Source: Vicugna vicugna
Taxonomy: Eukaryota
DNA: 64,000 nucleotides
Reading direction: 5' to 3'
NCBI GenBank assembly: GCA_013265495.1
Contig: MU059829.1
Location: forward strand, 3,968,001-4,032,000
The notes under the pieces are model-generated. The model had not been told where the DNA came from, searched no databases, and was given only the letters and a program-made list of their open reading frames with translations. Made by a program: the position numbers and the translations under genes. Shown one piece after another: positions 62,526-64,000 of the stretch (positions within the stretch are counted from its first letter, which is position 1; every line of letters starts with the position of its first letter).

Positions 62526-64000
62526 CTGAAACGAGTGACAGCAGGTTGACAGCCAGGTCCAGCCGTGAAAGGACCAGAGAGACTGAAACCCACCCCGTCT
62601 TCACTTACCGTCTTCGTTTCCAGCCTAGTTCACCTGAAACCCACACTGGGGATCATTACACTTGGGGAAACACTAAGGTGAACGCCAACGCCAAGACGTC
62701 CCTGGAACTCTAGGGCCCCCCCAACCCCGGGGCAGAGCTGTAAAGGATGGTGGGCGGTTGTCACCACGTTTAAGGGAGACGGTTGTTTAAATGTGTAGCA
62801 CGTGATTCAAAATACTTGTCCATCCCTTCCTCTCTGTTTCCCACACGGCACCTTCATCTCCCCTGTGCTGACGGCACAGACGGCTCTAGGGGGCGAGGCT
62901 GTGCTCGCAAACCCCGGGCGGGGCACAAGCTGCTCCTGCTCTGCTCCTGCTCACGGCATGGAAACCGAGCACAGCCCGGCAGCCAGCTCGAGCCCCCGTC
63001 CCGGGAGAGGACCCGTGCAGGCGGGGGAGCAACGGCTGGCGCAGCTCCTGTCTGCGCCCGACACGCCCGCTCTGGGGCACACGCATCCCTGCTCCACCCG
63101 GTAGCTCAGCAGGTGAAGGAATTATTTTCAAGCCCTGAGACTTATTTCCAGGGACAGAGTCACCCTGGGAACCTAAAAGTTCCAACTGTATTTAAAAAGA
63201 AACGATCAGGCTTTGGAGACTGGAGGGGTCCTAAGAGACGCGCACGCAGGGGCCTGGCCGTCTGGGGGGGTGGGGGCGGACACGCTCTCCGGGTTTCTAG
63301 GTGGTGATGCGCGTCCGTTTCGCAGAGTGAAGTCTGGAGGTTCCAGATGGGAACCTGACACAGCGACCTACAGGGCTGAAACAAGGCTGCGGCCTGCGGG
63401 GTGGGGATGGAACAGGAATTTAAGAATGGAAGCCCCACTTGGGCTGGAGACGTGCAGCCACTCCCAGGCCTGAGGGGTGGGGTTGGGGGGTGGTTTTCGC
63501 CAGTGGGGGGGGGCGGGACATAGATAAAGGCCCCACCCTGCACTGTGCAGAGGGCACATCCCTTGGGGGCACCTTCTAGGTTAAGGCGTAAGCGGGAGTG
63601 GGGGTGCAGGTGGGGGTGCTGACACGCGGGGCTGAGGCTCGTGGGAGGCCCCGGAGGTGACACAGACTCAGAGCCCAGGCAGAGGCCCCAGGACAGCCCC
63701 AGACGGCCCGCCGGGCCTCCACTGCCCCCTGCCCGGGAGCCGGAAACCTGGGGCAGGTGTCCACCTGCAGGTGGCTTCTCCCCGCTGGAGTGCCTCTGCT
63801 CGCCCGCATCCCAGTCCCTCCTAGTCCCTCCTCCTGCCGGTCCTCATGGATGCCGCCACCCGGTCCCATCGCAGCCAAGCCGCCCACTGGCGTCATTCCT
63901 CCCACTGCTTAAACGTCCCCCCCACCCCCCTGAACACTCGGGGCACGGTGACAGGCAGACAGAGAGCTGCTGCTCTCATCGGCAGAGCAACTTTTTCCCC

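Noticed and set aside
1-64000. tRNA, rRNA, miRNA genes or CRISPR arrays
   Set aside because: None found. tRNA-like segments are SINE heads, and no regularly spaced repeat-spacer structure is present.

Overview
Very GC-rich mammalian genomic DNA, almost certainly from a camelid (it carries tRNA-derived vic-1-type SINEs), syntenic with human 8p23.3. Two genes lie on the minus strand. CLN8 is represented by its first coding exon (108-650, codons 1-181), a non-coding first exon in a CpG island at about 5.6-6.8 kb, and a second CpG island at about 13-14.3 kb that looks like a distal promoter. The 3' half of DLGAP2/SAPAP2 is represented by eight GT-AG coding exons from 62525 to the stop at 27994. 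They join in frame to 524 aa ending in the Shank-PDZ ligand QTRL, followed by a 3'UTR of about 6.3 kb. A 132-N assembly gap sits inside one DLGAP2 exon and preserves the frame. The rest is intronic or intergenic sequence with L1, MIR/L2, MLT1 and ERV1-type LTR fragments, SINEs and simple repeats. Nearly all other ORFs in the track are artefacts of high GC content. I found no new protein-coding system. The most interesting signals are regulatory and are hypotheses: (1) a 42-nt DLGAP2 cassette exon inserted exactly inside a dynein light chain (LC8) binding motif; (2) a 25-nt poison or alternative first exon candidate with a perfect donor; (3) a UG-repeat-associated cryptic exon of the TDP-43 type; (4) divergently oriented CTCF sites around the DLGAP2 3' end; (5) CLEAR-like E-boxes and a donor-dependent uORF at CLN8. 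Comparisons with human or mouse proteins and with repeat consensus sequences are from memory and need database confirmation.
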